Source: Corallococcus sp. AB038B (GTDB lineage: Bacteria; Myxococcota; Myxococcia; Myxococcales; Myxococcaceae). Taken from it: 64,000 nucleotides of DNA. Location of the stretch: the NCBI RefSeq assembly GCF_003668955.1, contig NZ_RAWO01000002.1, positions 471,605 to 535,604 of the forward strand. Reading direction: 5' to 3'. Within the stretch, counting starts at the first letter, position 1; each line of letters begins with the position of its first letter. Made by a program: the position numbers and the translations under genes. The notes under the pieces are model-generated. The model was not told where the DNA came from, did not search any database, and was given only the letters and a program-made list of their open reading frames with translations. This document shows, piece by piece, positions 39,856 to 49,415 of the stretch.

Positions 39856-40592
39856 AGCCGAAGAAGGAACGCCTGGACGTGCTGGTGGTGGAGCGCGGGC
39901 TCGCCGAGTCGCGTACCAAGGCCCAGGCGCTCATCCTCGCCGGCCAGGTGGTAGTGGCGGACCAGCGTGTGGACAAGCCCGGCTCCCTCGTGCCGGTGGA
40001 GGCCGAGCTGCGCCTCAAGGGCGAGGTGATGCCGTACGTGTCGCGCGGCGGCCTCAAGCTGAAGGGGGCCATGGACCGCTTCGGCCTGGACGTGACGGGC
40101 CGCGTGGGCGCGGACATCGGCGCCAGCACGGGCGGCTTCACCGACTGCCTGCTCCAGCACGGCGCGGTGCGGGTGCACGCCATCGACGTGGGCTACGGCC
40201 AGCTGCACGAGAAGCTGCGCGTGGATCCGCGCGTGCGCTCCCGCGAGCGGGTCAACGCGCGCTACCTCACGGACGAGGACCTGCCGGAGAAGGTAGGCGT
40301 GGTCGTCATCGACGTGAGCTTCATCTCGCTCACCCAGGTGCTGCCGTCGGTGCTGCCGTTCCTCTCACCGGGCGGGCTGCTCATCGCCCTGGTGAAGCCC
40401 CAGTTCGAGGTGGGCCCGGAGCGGGTGGGCAAGGGCGGCGTGGTGCGCGACCCGCAAGCGCGTCAGGACGCCATCGACACCGTGACGGCCTTCGTGCGCG
40501 AGCACGGGCTCAGCGTGCGCGGGTTGATGGACTCGCCTGTGCCTGGGCCCGCCGGCAACGTGGAAGCGCTCCTCGTCGCCGACAGGCCCTGA
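39852..40592 (+). CDS. tlyA: TlyA-family rRNA 2'-O-methyltransferase (hemolysin A-like)
   Basis: S4 domain (RLDVLVVERGLAESRTKAQALILAGQV) and FtsJ-like MTase motif (ADIGASTGGFTDCLLQHGAVRVHAIDVG). GTGA overlap with dxs. Confidence 0.9.
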   Translation: MKPKKERLDVLVVERGLAESRTKAQALILAGQVVVADQRVDKPGSLVPVEAELRLKGEVMPYVSRGGLKLKGAMDRFGLDVTGRVGADIGASTGGFTDCLLQHGAVRVHAIDVGYGQLHEKLRVDPRVRSRERVNARYLTDEDLPEKVGVVVIDVSFISLTQVLPSVLPFLSPGGLLIALVKPQFEVGPERVGKGGVVRDPQARQDAIDTVTAFVREHGLSVRGLMDSPVPGPAGNVEALLVADRP

Positions 40593-40601
40593 GGCCCGCC
40601 G

Positions 40602-42165
40602 TCACGGCTTGACGGCGCGGTACTCGGGCAGCGTGAGGGCCTGGACCAGGTTGTTGCCCACGCGCATCCACAGCCGCCCGCTGTCATCCACGGAGCAGGA
40701 CAGGCTGCTGGAGACCTCGTAGCGGAACAGCTCGCCCTGTTCGGCGGAGTCCACCGCGACGATCTCCTGGGGCAGGGCGCCCGCCACGTTCGGGCCGGTG
40801 AGCAGGTAGAACTCCGCGCTCGTCGGCTGGCCCAGCTGCACCTGGAGGATGCGCAGCTGCCCGGACGCGTCCACGGACGTGCCGCCCTTGTTCATGACGA
40901 GGCCGCTCGTCGAGTTCAGGAACCACACGCGCTGGTCGCCAATGGCCGCCACCTTCGCGCCGCCATTGAACGGCAGCAGGAAGCGGATGGGCACCGGGAA
41001 GGTGGTGCTGGACCACCGGTACGCGTTGCCCTCGCAGCCCGCGGCCTCCGTGGAGCAGGCCTCGATGCGCGACTGGTTGTTGTTGAAGTCGAAGGACATG
41101 AAGAGCGTGGAGCCATCCACGCTGAACGACGCGGGCGGCGGCGCGCTGATGAGGCCGTTGTACTGGTAGATGATGCGCGTGCTCACCGGCTGGAGGTCCT
41201 GGCTCGTGGCGTTCGCGTCCAGGGTGGCGACCTCGATCTGCAAGGCGGGCCCGCCGCCACCCGCGGTGTTCGGATAGGCCACCAGCACCTGCTGGCCCTT
41301 CTCCTTGGGCGGGGTGATGGGCTGCAGCGGCGCGTTCTCGAACATCCACTGGAAGGAGCCGCCGGACGACGTGTGCTTGAGGCGCGACACCGTGTAGAGG
41401 TCGTTCACCAGCGCGTCGCCGTTGGCCATCACCGACAGCTGCTGCAGCTTGTACGTGGCCGCGGTGCGGCCGGAGGTGGCGAAGTTGGAGTCCACCGCCA
41501 CGGCGCCCGAGCCCGGCGTCCACACCCACCGCTTGCCACTCGTCGAGTTGATGCTGGTGATGACGGTGGAGGAGCTGCACGGGATGCCCAGCTCCACCGA
41601 GTTGCGCACCACGCCCGCGGAGTCCACGCGGAAGAGCGTGCCGGAGCCCGTGGTGGGGTTGCCGCACCCGATGAAGGCGACGCTGGTGCCGCTGCCCTCG
41701 GCGATGAAGAAGTCCGTCACCACCTGGCCGTTGGGGTCCGGATCCTTGATGACCTTCGTCACCGGCAGGAACGTGGCCGCCTGAGGCTGGGACGAATTCG
41801 TCCGGCCGTCCGAGCACGTCGCCCGCGCGTTGAGCGACAGGCTCACGGCGAGGCCGCGGGTGTACTTGATCTCATTCGAGGCCAGCTCGAAGTCCATGGA
41901 CCCGCTGGTGTAGGGCACGGTCTTCAGGAACGTGTCCTTGTCGTAGATGTCCACCCGCGACACGGCGTCACACCCGGACACGATGACCCGCACCGTCAGC
42001 GACGGGGCCGCCGTGTTGGGCTGCGGCACGGTGAGGGTCACCGTCGGCGGGTCCGGAGTGGGAGCCGGCTTCTCACCACCACAGGCGGCGAACACGGAAG
42101 CGCAGAAGGTCAGCGAGGCCAGGAAGGCCCGCGGCGCGAACGGGCGCGAAGGGACGGAGTGCATG
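40602..42165 (-). CDS. Hypothetical lipoprotein (~520 aa), Ser/Thr/Gly-rich beta-type protein
   Basis: The internal Met gives the lipoprotein signal MHSVPSRPFAPRAFLASLTFCASVFAACGG. The track ORF extends 64 codons further upstream with Arg-rich, unlikely sequence. Convergent with tlyA (9-bp gap). Confidence 0.6.
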
Positions 42166-42327
42166 GTTTCGCACTCTACCGCGCTCCCCCGGGAAGCGGG
42201 CGGGGCCACGTCCCTACCGCGCCCATCCCCCGGAATCCTGATCGCGAGAGCCCTGAAAACCCTCGCCGGCGCCTGTCTGCCCACCCTGCCTCCGGCCGGA
42301 CGACGAGGGTGGTGTTGGAAGAAAGTG

Positions 42328-42340
42328 ACAGTCTGACTGT
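42328..42340. promoter_or_regulatory. Perfect palindrome ACAGTC-T-GACTGT in 440-bp divergent intergenic region
   Basis: Read from sequence, between the lipoprotein gene (minus) and the hybrid kinase gene (plus). The spacer also carries two GGGATTCC copies. Confidence 0.35.
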
Positions 42341-42606
42341 TTTCGTGGGATTCCACCGCTACAAGGGGTGGGCGAGCGGTTTCCGGTCATCGGACCGTCA
42401 CGCGCGTGCGGGATTCCGGAGGAAGAACACCGGTCCGGGGTATACGTCGCGCGCCTTTTCCCACCCCTCTTGCTTGAGGAGAGCCCCGTTCAACCGCTGG
42501 CCCGCGGACGGGTTAGACGGCATGATCCGGAATCGACCATGACCCCTTTCGCACCCAACGGGTTTTCGCGACGTCGTTCCCAGTCTGGGCGGGGCGGAGG
42601 CGCGCC

Positions 42607-45120
42607 GTGAGGATCGAGATGTTGTCGTCTGAGCAGCGGGGGCGGGTGCTGGTGCTCGCGGCCAAGGCCGCGGGTGACGCGTTGGTGGAGCGGCTCACGG
42701 CGAGTGGCTACCAGTGCGCCTCCACGGAACGGGAGACCGGGCTGGCGGAGATGGTGGATCAGCTCCAGCCGGAGGTGGTGCTCCTGGCGGTGACGGCCAA
42801 GCGGGCCGCGGAGCTGCTGGAGACGGTGCGCAAGACGGACAAGCTCCAGCGTCTGCCGGTGCTGGTGGATCAGGGCCGCGCGCGCTCGGCGGAGGCCTTC
42901 AAGCGGCTGGCGGTGGACGACTTCGTGCGCGGCGCCGACGAACTGGTGCCCCGGCTGGAGTCCGCCCTGCGCGCCTGGAGGCTCAAGGAGCGCGAGGAGC
43001 GCATCCGGATGCGCATGGGGATGCTGCTCGAAATCACCCAGGCGGCCACCAGCTCGCTGGAGCTGGAGGAGATCCTCCGCATCGCGGTGGAGAAGGTCGG
43101 CCAGGTGACGGGCACGGACCGCTGCTCCGTGGTGCTGGTGGAGGGCAGCCACGCGCGCACGGCCACGGTCGTCGCGACGCAGGAGGACCCCAGCCTCGTC
43201 CAGCTGGACATCGAGGTGGCGCGCTACCCGGAGCTGCGCCGCGCGCTGGAGACGCGGCAGCCCGTCCTGATTGAAGAGGCGCAGCGCGACCCGCTGATGG
43301 CGGAGGTGCGCACGTCGCTGCTCCCGCAGGGCGTGAAGTCCATCCTGGTGCAGCCGCTCATCTGCCAGGACGACCTGCTGGGCGCGCTCTTCCTGCGCGT
43401 GTCCAAGGGCGAGGCGTCCATCGGGCGCGACGAGCAGGAGTTCGCGGAGGCGGTGGCGGGCGTGCTCGCCAACTCCATCCGCAACGCGCGTCTGCACACG
43501 GCGGTGAAGAAGAAGCGCGAGGACCTGGAGCTGGCGTACGTGGAGCGCTATCGCGAGCTCAACGACGCGAACCGCCGCCTGAAGGAACTCAACCGCCTCA
43601 AGGATGAGATCATCGCGGTGTGCAGCCACGACCTGCGCGCGCCGCTCCAGGTGCTCCTGGGGCACGGCCGGCTGCTCTTGGAAGGGCCGCTGGAGACGCA
43701 GCAGAAGCAGTCCGCGGAGGCGATGATCCGCCAGGGCCGGAAGATCCTCACCCTGGTCGAGTCCCTGCTGGAGAAGGGCAAGGGCGAGGCGGCGCGGCTG
43801 TCCATCGAGCCCCGTGTGCTGGACGTGGCGCAGCTGTGCCGCGACGCCGTGGCGGAGCTGGAGATTCTCGCGGCGGAGAAGGCCGTGTCGCTGCGCTCCG
43901 AGTGCCCCGACAGCCTGATGCTGATTGGCGACGAGGTGAAGCTGCACGAGGTGCTGCAGAACCTCATCAGCAACGCCATCCAGCACGCCAGCGACCCGGG
44001 CGTGGTGGTGGTGCGCACGCAGCGGCTATCGCGGCCGGACGGCGACGCGGTGCGGGTCATGGTGAGCGACAACGGGGTGGGCATTCCCCCGGACGAGCTG
44101 CACCTCGTCTTCGACCGCTACCGCCACGGGCCCAAGGGCACGGGGCTGGGGCTGGCCATCTGCAAGGAGTTCGTGGAGCTGCACGGCGGTGAAATCTGGG
44201 CGGAGAGCCCGGCCGACGGCGGCTGCACCTTCGTCTTCACGCTGCCCCTGGCGCAGGAGGCCGCGCGCAACCCCCGGCCGCAGCCCGCGCCCGGCTCCGC
44301 GCCCGAGCAGCCGCGCGTGCTGGTGGTGGAGGACGAGCCGGAAATCGCGGCGGTGCTGTCGGAGGTGCTGCGCTCGAAGTACCGCGTGGAGGTCGCTCGC
44401 GACGGCGCGGAGGGCCTGGCGAAGGCACGCGCTTCACGGCCGGACCTGGTGGTGATGGACGTGTTCCTGCCCAAGCTGGACGGCCTGGATGCGGCCATGG
44501 CGCTCAAGTCCTCGTCGGACACGGCGCACATCCCGGTCATCCTCCTGTCCGCCCACCAGGGCGTGGCCGACAAGGTCCGCGCGCTCAACCTGGGCGCGGT
44601 GGACTACATGGCCAAGCCCTTCAACGCAGTGGAGCTGCTCAACCGCACCGAGCGCGCCCTCAAGCTGAGCCGGGGTGAGAAGGATCAGCAGGACAAGACG
44701 AACTCGCTGCAGCGGCGCACCGGCAGCGATCCGGTGACGGGCCTGCTCGACCGCCGCGGCCTGCTCCTGCGCTTGGAGCAGGAGGTGGCCCGCAGCCGGC
44801 GCTACCACCGCGCCCTCACGCTGGCGGTGCTGCGTCCGGACCGCGAGCTGGAGGCCATGCCGCCCAACATGGCGGAGGTGATGCGCAAGCGCGTGCGCCA
44901 CCCGGACTCCATCGCCCATCTGGGGCTGGGCGTCTTCGCGGTGGTGCTGCCCGAGTGCAACGCGGACGCGGCGCGCACGGTCATCAACCGCCTGATGCCG
45001 GACGTGGAGAACGTGACCTCCATCGAGTACCGGGCCGCCATGGCGGACGTCAGCCAGGACAGCGATCCGGTGGAGAAGCTGCTGGAGAAGCTGGGAGCGC
45101 CGCCTCCCGAGGTCCACTAG
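42607..45120 (+). CDS. Hybrid sensor kinase: pseudo-receiver, GAF, HisKA, HATPase, receiver, degenerate GGDEF-like C-terminus
   Basis: H-box AVCSHDLRAPLQ. ATPase motifs LQNLISNAIQHAS and DNGVGIPPDELHLVFDRY..GTGLGLAICKEFVELHGG. Receiver RVLVVEDEPEIAAVL...LVVMDVFLPKLDG. C-terminus resembles GGDEF (DPVTGLLDRRGLL ... RYHRALTLAVL.PD) but carries GLGVF where GG(D/E)EF is expected. N-terminal receiver-like fold lacks the phospho-accepting Asp (VVLLAVT). Confidence 0.85.
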   Translation: MRIEMLSSEQRGRVLVLAAKAAGDALVERLTASGYQCASTERETGLAEMVDQLQPEVVLLAVTAKRAAELLETVRKTDKLQRLPVLVDQGRARSAEAFKRLAVDDFVRGADELVPRLESALRAWRLKEREERIRMRMGMLLEITQAATSSLELEEILRIAVEKVGQVTGTDRCSVVLVEGSHARTATVVATQEDPSLVQLDIEVARYPELRRALETRQPVLIEEAQRDPLMAEVRTSLLPQGVKSILVQPLICQDDLLGALFLRVSKGEASIGRDEQEFAEAVAGVLANSIRNARLHTAVKKKREDLELAYVERYRELNDANRRLKELNRLKDEIIAVCSHDLRAPLQVLLGHGRLLLEGPLETQQKQSAEAMIRQGRKILTLVESLLEKGKGEAARLSIEPRVLDVAQLCRDAVAELEILAAEKAVSLRSECPDSLMLIGDEVKLHEVLQNLISNAIQHASDPGVVVVRTQRLSRPDGDAVRVMVSDNGVGIPPDELHLVFDRYRHGPKGTGLGLAICKEFVELHGGEIWAESPADGGCTFVFTLPLAQEAARNPRPQPAPGSAPEQPRVLVVEDEPEIAAVLSEVLRSKYRVEVARDGAEGLAKARASRPDLVVMDVFLPKLDGLDAAMALKSSSDTAHIPVILLSAHQGVADKVRALNLGAVDYMAKPFNAVELLNRTERALKLSRGEKDQQDKTNSLQRRTGSDPVTGLLDRRGLLLRLEQEVARSRRYHRALTLAVLRPDRELEAMPPNMAEVMRKRVRHPDSIAHLGLGVFAVVLPECNADAARTVINRLMPDVENVTSIEYRAAMADVSQDSDPVEKLLEKLGAPPPEVH

Positions 45121-45125
45121 CCCGC

Positions 45126-47012
45126 GTGCGCCCGCTCCCGCTCCTCAGCCGTGCCGCCGTGATGTGCCTCGCGCTGGCCGCCGGAGGTTCGGGGGCCGCG
45201 CCCGCGAGGAAGGCCCCGGCCCCGCACGTCGACCGCGAGGCGATGCGCGAGGCAATGGATTCGAGCGACCGCGACGACGAGCCGTCCGCGTCGTCCGCCA
45301 GCTACGCGCACTACCTCCAGGCGCGGCTGATGCACCTGGAGGGCAACCACCGGGCCTCGGTGGACGAGCTGCGGCTGGCGCTCGCCACCGACGACGGCAA
45401 CCCGACCCTCCTCACCCAGCTGGGCGAGGAGTACGCGCGCCTGGGTGACCTGGAGCGCGCCGAACGCGAACTTCGCCGGGCCGTGGAGAAGGCCCCCACG
45501 CACTACGCCGCCCACGTGCTCCTGGGCCGGGTGTTGCTGGAGTCCGGCCGCACGGTGCGCGCGAAGCAGCACCTGCGCCGCGCGGTGGCCCTGCGTCCCC
45601 GGGAGCCGGAGGCGTACCTCGTCCTGTCGCAGCTGTACCTGGACGCGAAGGCCCCCGACGATGCGGTGAAGGTGGTGGAGTCGCTGGCCCACGCGCTGCC
45701 GGGAGAGGCCTCCGGCTACCGGCGGCTGGGGCTCGTGCTGGCCGAGCGCGGCGACGCGGCCCGCGCCGAGCGCCTGCTCGCGAAGGCCTCCGAGCGCGAC
45801 CCGGGCGACGTGGAGGTGTGGTCCACGCTGGCCCGTCTCTACGAGGACTCCGGCCGTCCGAAGGAGGCGGAGGACGCGCTGGCCCGCGCGCTGGAGGCGG
45901 ATCCGGACAGCCGCGAGGTGCTGCTGTCCGCGGGCCGTGCCGCGCTGAAGGGCGGGTCGGCGACCCGGGCGCGGGCCTACTTCGACCGGCTGCTGTCGCT
46001 CTCCGCGTCGCCGGAGCTGGCCGTGCGGGTGGCCTTCAGCTACCTGTCCTCCGGAGAGTCCGCCGCCGCGAAGGAGGTGCTGGACGCCGCGCGCAAGGAC
46101 GCGCCGGACGAGCCCCGTCTCGCGTACTACGCGGGCCTCGTCGCGGAGCGCACGCGCCGCTTCGCCGTCGCCGCCGCGGACTTCGCGGGCGTGCCCCCGG
46201 ACTCGGAGGTGTTCCCCGACGCCCGCGTGCGCCAGGCCCGCTGTCTGTCGCTGACGGGAGACCATCCTCGCGCGCTGGTGCTCTACCGCATGGCCATGTC
46301 GGAAGCGCCCGACGACGTGGAGGTGCGCGTCGGCTACGCCCGGGCGCTGGAGCGGAGCGGGGACGCGGCGCGAGCGGAAGGCGTGCTGCGCGAGGCGCTG
46401 GCGGGGGAGGGTGGGGCGCTGGCGTACGACGCGCTGGCCAGCCTGCTGGAGCGCCAGGGCCGGGCTCCGGACGCGCTCGCGCTCTTGAGGGACGCCGTCG
46501 CGAAGACGCCGAGGAACCAGGACCTGCAGTTCGCCCTGGCCACCCTGCTGGATCGTCAGGGCGACGTGGCCGGAGCGCTGTCGCGCATGCGGGGGGTGCT
46601 CGCGCTGAAGCCGGACCATTCCGCCGCGCTGAACTTCATGGGTTACGTGATGGCGCAGCGGGGCCGGGACCTGGACGAGGCGGAGCGGCTGGTGCGCCGC
46701 GCGCTGGCGCTCCGGCCGGACAACGGGGCCTACGTGGACTCGCTGGGGTGGGTCCTCTTCCAGCGCGGCGACGCGAAGAAGGCCGTGGAGGTCCTGGAGC
46801 GCGCAGTGGAGCTGGCCCCGGACGACCCCGCCATCCTGGAGCACCTGGGGGACGCGTACCTCAAGGCAGGCCGCGCCCCGGAGGCCGTCCTGACCTGGAA
46901 GCGCGCGCTGGAGGTGCTGACGCTGGAGCCGGAGGCCGCCGAGCCCGCGGACCAGCGCACCACCCTGGAGCGCAAGTTGAAGGCGCTACCCTCGACCGCG
47001 CCGGGCCGCTAA
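45126..47012 (+). CDS. TPR-repeat protein (probably secreted/periplasmic)
   Basis: The GTG at 45126 gives a hydrophobic N-terminus (RPLPLLSRAAVMCLALAAGG), followed by more than 10 TPR-like repeats. The track ORF from 44955 overlaps the kinase gene. Confidence 0.7.
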   Translation: MRPLPLLSRAAVMCLALAAGGSGAAPARKAPAPHVDREAMREAMDSSDRDDEPSASSASYAHYLQARLMHLEGNHRASVDELRLALATDDGNPTLLTQLGEEYARLGDLERAERELRRAVEKAPTHYAAHVLLGRVLLESGRTVRAKQHLRRAVALRPREPEAYLVLSQLYLDAKAPDDAVKVVESLAHALPGEASGYRRLGLVLAERGDAARAERLLAKASERDPGDVEVWSTLARLYEDSGRPKEAEDALARALEADPDSREVLLSAGRAALKGGSATRARAYFDRLLSLSASPELAVRVAFSYLSSGESAAAKEVLDAARKDAPDEPRLAYYAGLVAERTRRFAVAAADFAGVPPDSEVFPDARVRQARCLSLTGDHPRALVLYRMAMSEAPDDVEVRVGYARALERSGDAARAEGVLREALAGEGGALAYDALASLLERQGRAPDALALLRDAVAKTPRNQDLQFALATLLDRQGDVAGALSRMRGVLALKPDHSAALNFMGYVMAQRGRDLDEAERLVRRALALRPDNGAYVDSLGWVLFQRGDAKKAVEVLERAVELAPDDPAILEHLGDAYLKAGRAPEAVLTWKRALEVLTLEPEAAEPADQRTTLERKLKALPSTAPGR

Positions 47013-47024
47013 GGTCCCGGGCTC

Positions 47025-47861
47025 ATGGCCCGCCACGACGAAGGCTTCTTCACCGGGAAGGACAACACCCGGCTGTTCTGGACGCTCGACCTGCCGGACG
47101 CGGCTCCGCGCGCGCACGTCGCCATCGTCCATGGCTACGGCGACCACATCGGTCGCTACCGGCCCGTCATCGACGCGCTGGTGCAGGACGGCTTCGCCGT
47201 GCACGGCTTCGACTACCGGGGCCACGGCCGCGCGGATGGCCGGCGCGCCTACGCCGCGAAGTGGACCGAGTTCCTCGACGACCTGGACGGCTTCTGGCAG
47301 CGCGTGCGCAAGGCCGCGGGCAACGAGAAGATCTTCCTGCTCGCCCACAGCCACGGCGGCCTGATGGCCGCGCACGCCCTGACCGGGAGACTGGAAGGCC
47401 TCTCCGGCGCCATCCTCTCCGCGCCCTACCTCAAGCTGGCCATCAGCCCGCCGGCCGCGAAGGTGCTCGCCGCGCGCATGGTGGGCACCCTGGTGCCGTG
47501 GATGAAGGTCCCCTCGGGCCTGGCCCCGGAGATGCTCAGCACCGACCCGGACATCCAGAAGGCAGTCGGAGCGGACCCGCTCTACGTTCCCTTCGCCACG
47601 CCCCGCTGGTTCGTGGAGTCCACGGCCGCCCAGGCGCAGACGCTCGGGCTGGCGCCGAAGATTCAAGTGCCGCTGTTCGTGCTGTGTGGCCAGGAGGACG
47701 GGGTCGCGCTGCCGGCGGCGGCGCGGGCCTTCTTCGAGGCTGCGGGGACGGCGGACAAGAAGTTCAAGGAGTACCCCGGCATGCGGCACGAGCCGCTCAA
47801 CGAGCGGGACCGCGCGACGGTGTTCCAGGACATCTCCGGCTGGATCTCCGCGCATCTCTGA
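47025..47861 (+). CDS. Alpha/beta hydrolase (lysophospholipase / monoglyceride lipase-like)
   Basis: HGYGDHIGRY and nucleophile elbow LLAHSHGG; 278 aa. Confidence 0.85.
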   Translation: MARHDEGFFTGKDNTRLFWTLDLPDAAPRAHVAIVHGYGDHIGRYRPVIDALVQDGFAVHGFDYRGHGRADGRRAYAAKWTEFLDDLDGFWQRVRKAAGNEKIFLLAHSHGGLMAAHALTGRLEGLSGAILSAPYLKLAISPPAAKVLAARMVGTLVPWMKVPSGLAPEMLSTDPDIQKAVGADPLYVPFATPRWFVESTAAQAQTLGLAPKIQVPLFVLCGQEDGVALPAAARAFFEAAGTADKKFKEYPGMRHEPLNERDRATVFQDISGWISAHL

Positions 47862-47914
47862 CATAATCAGGTCGCCCCGCTCCCGACGGAGCAGGCGCTG
47901 GCGAGGATCACCTC

Positions 47915-48256
47915 ATGGCACAGGGTGAAACGGGCATCATTGGCAAGGGCATCGTCATCAGGGGCAACCTCACGGGCGGAGGGGACCTGGTCATCGAAGG
48001 ACGCGTGGAGGGGCAGATCGCCCTGAAGAACCACCTCACCATCGAAGGCACCGGCAAGGTGCAGGCGGACATCCGCGCCGAGGAACTGACCATCAACGGC
48101 GAGGCGAGCGGCAACATCGACGCCTCCACGCGCGTGGCCATCAACGCCTCGGCGAAGGTGGCGGGCGACATCAAGGCCCCGCGGGTCGTCATCGAGGATG
48201 GTGCCGTGTTCAACGGCTCCATCGAGATGGACGTGAAGTTGCCGGACGACATCTAG
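47915..48256 (+). CDS. bacN: Bactofilin
   Basis: DUF583 beta-helical repeats (IVIRGNLTGGGDLVIEGRVEGQIAL...). First of three tandem bactofilin genes, in the order known for M. xanthus bacN-bacO-bacP. Confidence 0.8.
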   Translation: MAQGETGIIGKGIVIRGNLTGGGDLVIEGRVEGQIALKNHLTIEGTGKVQADIRAEELTINGEASGNIDASTRVAINASAKVAGDIKAPRVVIEDGAVFNGSIEMDVKLPDDI

Positions 48257-48319
48257 CATCCACCGGGGACCGACCCACGGCCCCCCAGGCGCACAGCTTC
48301 GAGAAGGCGGACAACACTC

Positions 48320-48643
48320 ATGGCGAATACGATCATTGGCTCGAGCATCGTCATCGACGGGGAGATTTCCGGGGACGAGGACCTGGTCATCCAGGGCACC
48401 GTGAAGGGGAAGATCTCCCTCAAGGAGAGCCTCTACGTGGAGGGCTCGGGCGTCGTCGAGGCGGACATCGAGACGCAGAACGTGGAGATCGCCGGCCGCG
48501 TGACGGGCAACATCGCCGCCACCGACAAGGTCGAGCTGAAGACGGACTGCCGCGTGGTGGGCGACATCAAGGCCCCGCGCATCCTCATCGCCGACGGTGC
48601 CTCCTTCAAGGGCAACGTCGACATGGACATGAAGGAGCGCTGA
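48320..48643 (+). CDS. bacO: Bactofilin
   Basis: IVIDGEISGDEDLVIQGTVKGKISL ... second bactofilin paralog. Confidence 0.8.
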   Translation: MANTIIGSSIVIDGEISGDEDLVIQGTVKGKISLKESLYVEGSGVVEADIETQNVEIAGRVTGNIAATDKVELKTDCRVVGDIKAPRILIADGASFKGNVDMDMKER

Positions 48644-48646
48644 TCC

Positions 48647-49354
48647 GTGGCGACCGCGAAGGATCTTGCAGGCAACTCCGTCGACAACACCGTGGTGGGG
48701 CCTTCCATCCTCATCAGCGGTCGGCTCACGGGTGACGAGGACCTCACGGTCCGCGGGCGCGTCGAGGGTGAACTCACCCTCAGCCGCACCCTCATCGTGG
48801 AGCCGTCCGGCGTGGTGAAGGCCAACGTGGCGGTGAGAAACGCCATCGTCAGCGGCGTGGTGGTGGGCAACATCAACGCCACGGAGAGCGTGGAGCTCAC
48901 CCGCGAAGGCCGCATGGTGGGCGACATCCGCGCCCCCCGCGTCATCATCGTGGACGGGGCCAGCTTCCGCGGCCGCGTGGACATGGGAGACGTGGAACCG
49001 GGCCGGCTGCCGTCCGAACGCCCCGCCGTGGCCCGTCCCCAGGCGGTGACGCGTCCCACGGTGCGTCCGGGCGCCACCCCGCCGCGTCCTCCGACGCCGC
49101 CGGCCGCTCCGCCGCGCGCCGCCCCGCCCCCGCCTCCCGCGCGCACGCAGCCCGCGTCGGCGCCGGCCACCGTCGTGGCCCGTCCGTCGGCCAAGCCGCT
49201 GCCGCCGCCCCCTCCGCCCGCCGCGACCACGACCCGGGCTCCGGAGCCTCCGCGTCCGGCAGTCACTGAGCAGGCGAGCAGTGCCGGCGCGCCCCTTTCC
49301 CGCGTGATGGGTGCTGGCGCGAAGAAGAAGGTCGTGGTGAAGAAGTCCCGTTAG
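48647..49354 (+). CDS. bacP: Bactofilin with long Pro-rich C-terminal tail
   Basis: Bactofilin core followed by ~120 aa of Pro/Ala-rich tail, as described for BacP. GTG start 4 nt after the bacO stop. Confidence 0.8.
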   Translation: MATAKDLAGNSVDNTVVGPSILISGRLTGDEDLTVRGRVEGELTLSRTLIVEPSGVVKANVAVRNAIVSGVVVGNINATESVELTREGRMVGDIRAPRVIIVDGASFRGRVDMGDVEPGRLPSERPAVARPQAVTRPTVRPGATPPRPPTPPAAPPRAAPPPPPARTQPASAPATVVARPSAKPLPPPPPPAATTTRAPEPPRPAVTEQASSAGAPLSRVMGAGAKKKVVVKKSR

Positions 49355-49415
49355 AGCCCGCCCGCCGCGCCGTCGTTTCCGGCGGCGCGGGGGTGGAACA
49401 ACCGGGGGTGCCACC

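Noticed and set aside
42368-42610. 80-aa ORF in the 440-bp intergenic region upstream of the hybrid kinase
   Set aside because: Arg/Gly/Pro-rich composition, no RBS, no motif. The region is more plausibly regulatory (it contains the ACAGTC-T-GACTGT palindrome).
45117-46844. 575-aa minus-strand ORF
   Set aside because: Antisense to the TPR-repeat gene; off-frame composition. The same reasoning rejects 55365..57290 (antisense to the TPR/acidic protein), 47867..49819 (antisense to bactofilins), 20750..22879 and 19929..21452 (antisense to MshEN/oppD genes), 34672..36252 (antisense to xseA), and 61247..62908 (antisense to the MTase/GT-like gene).
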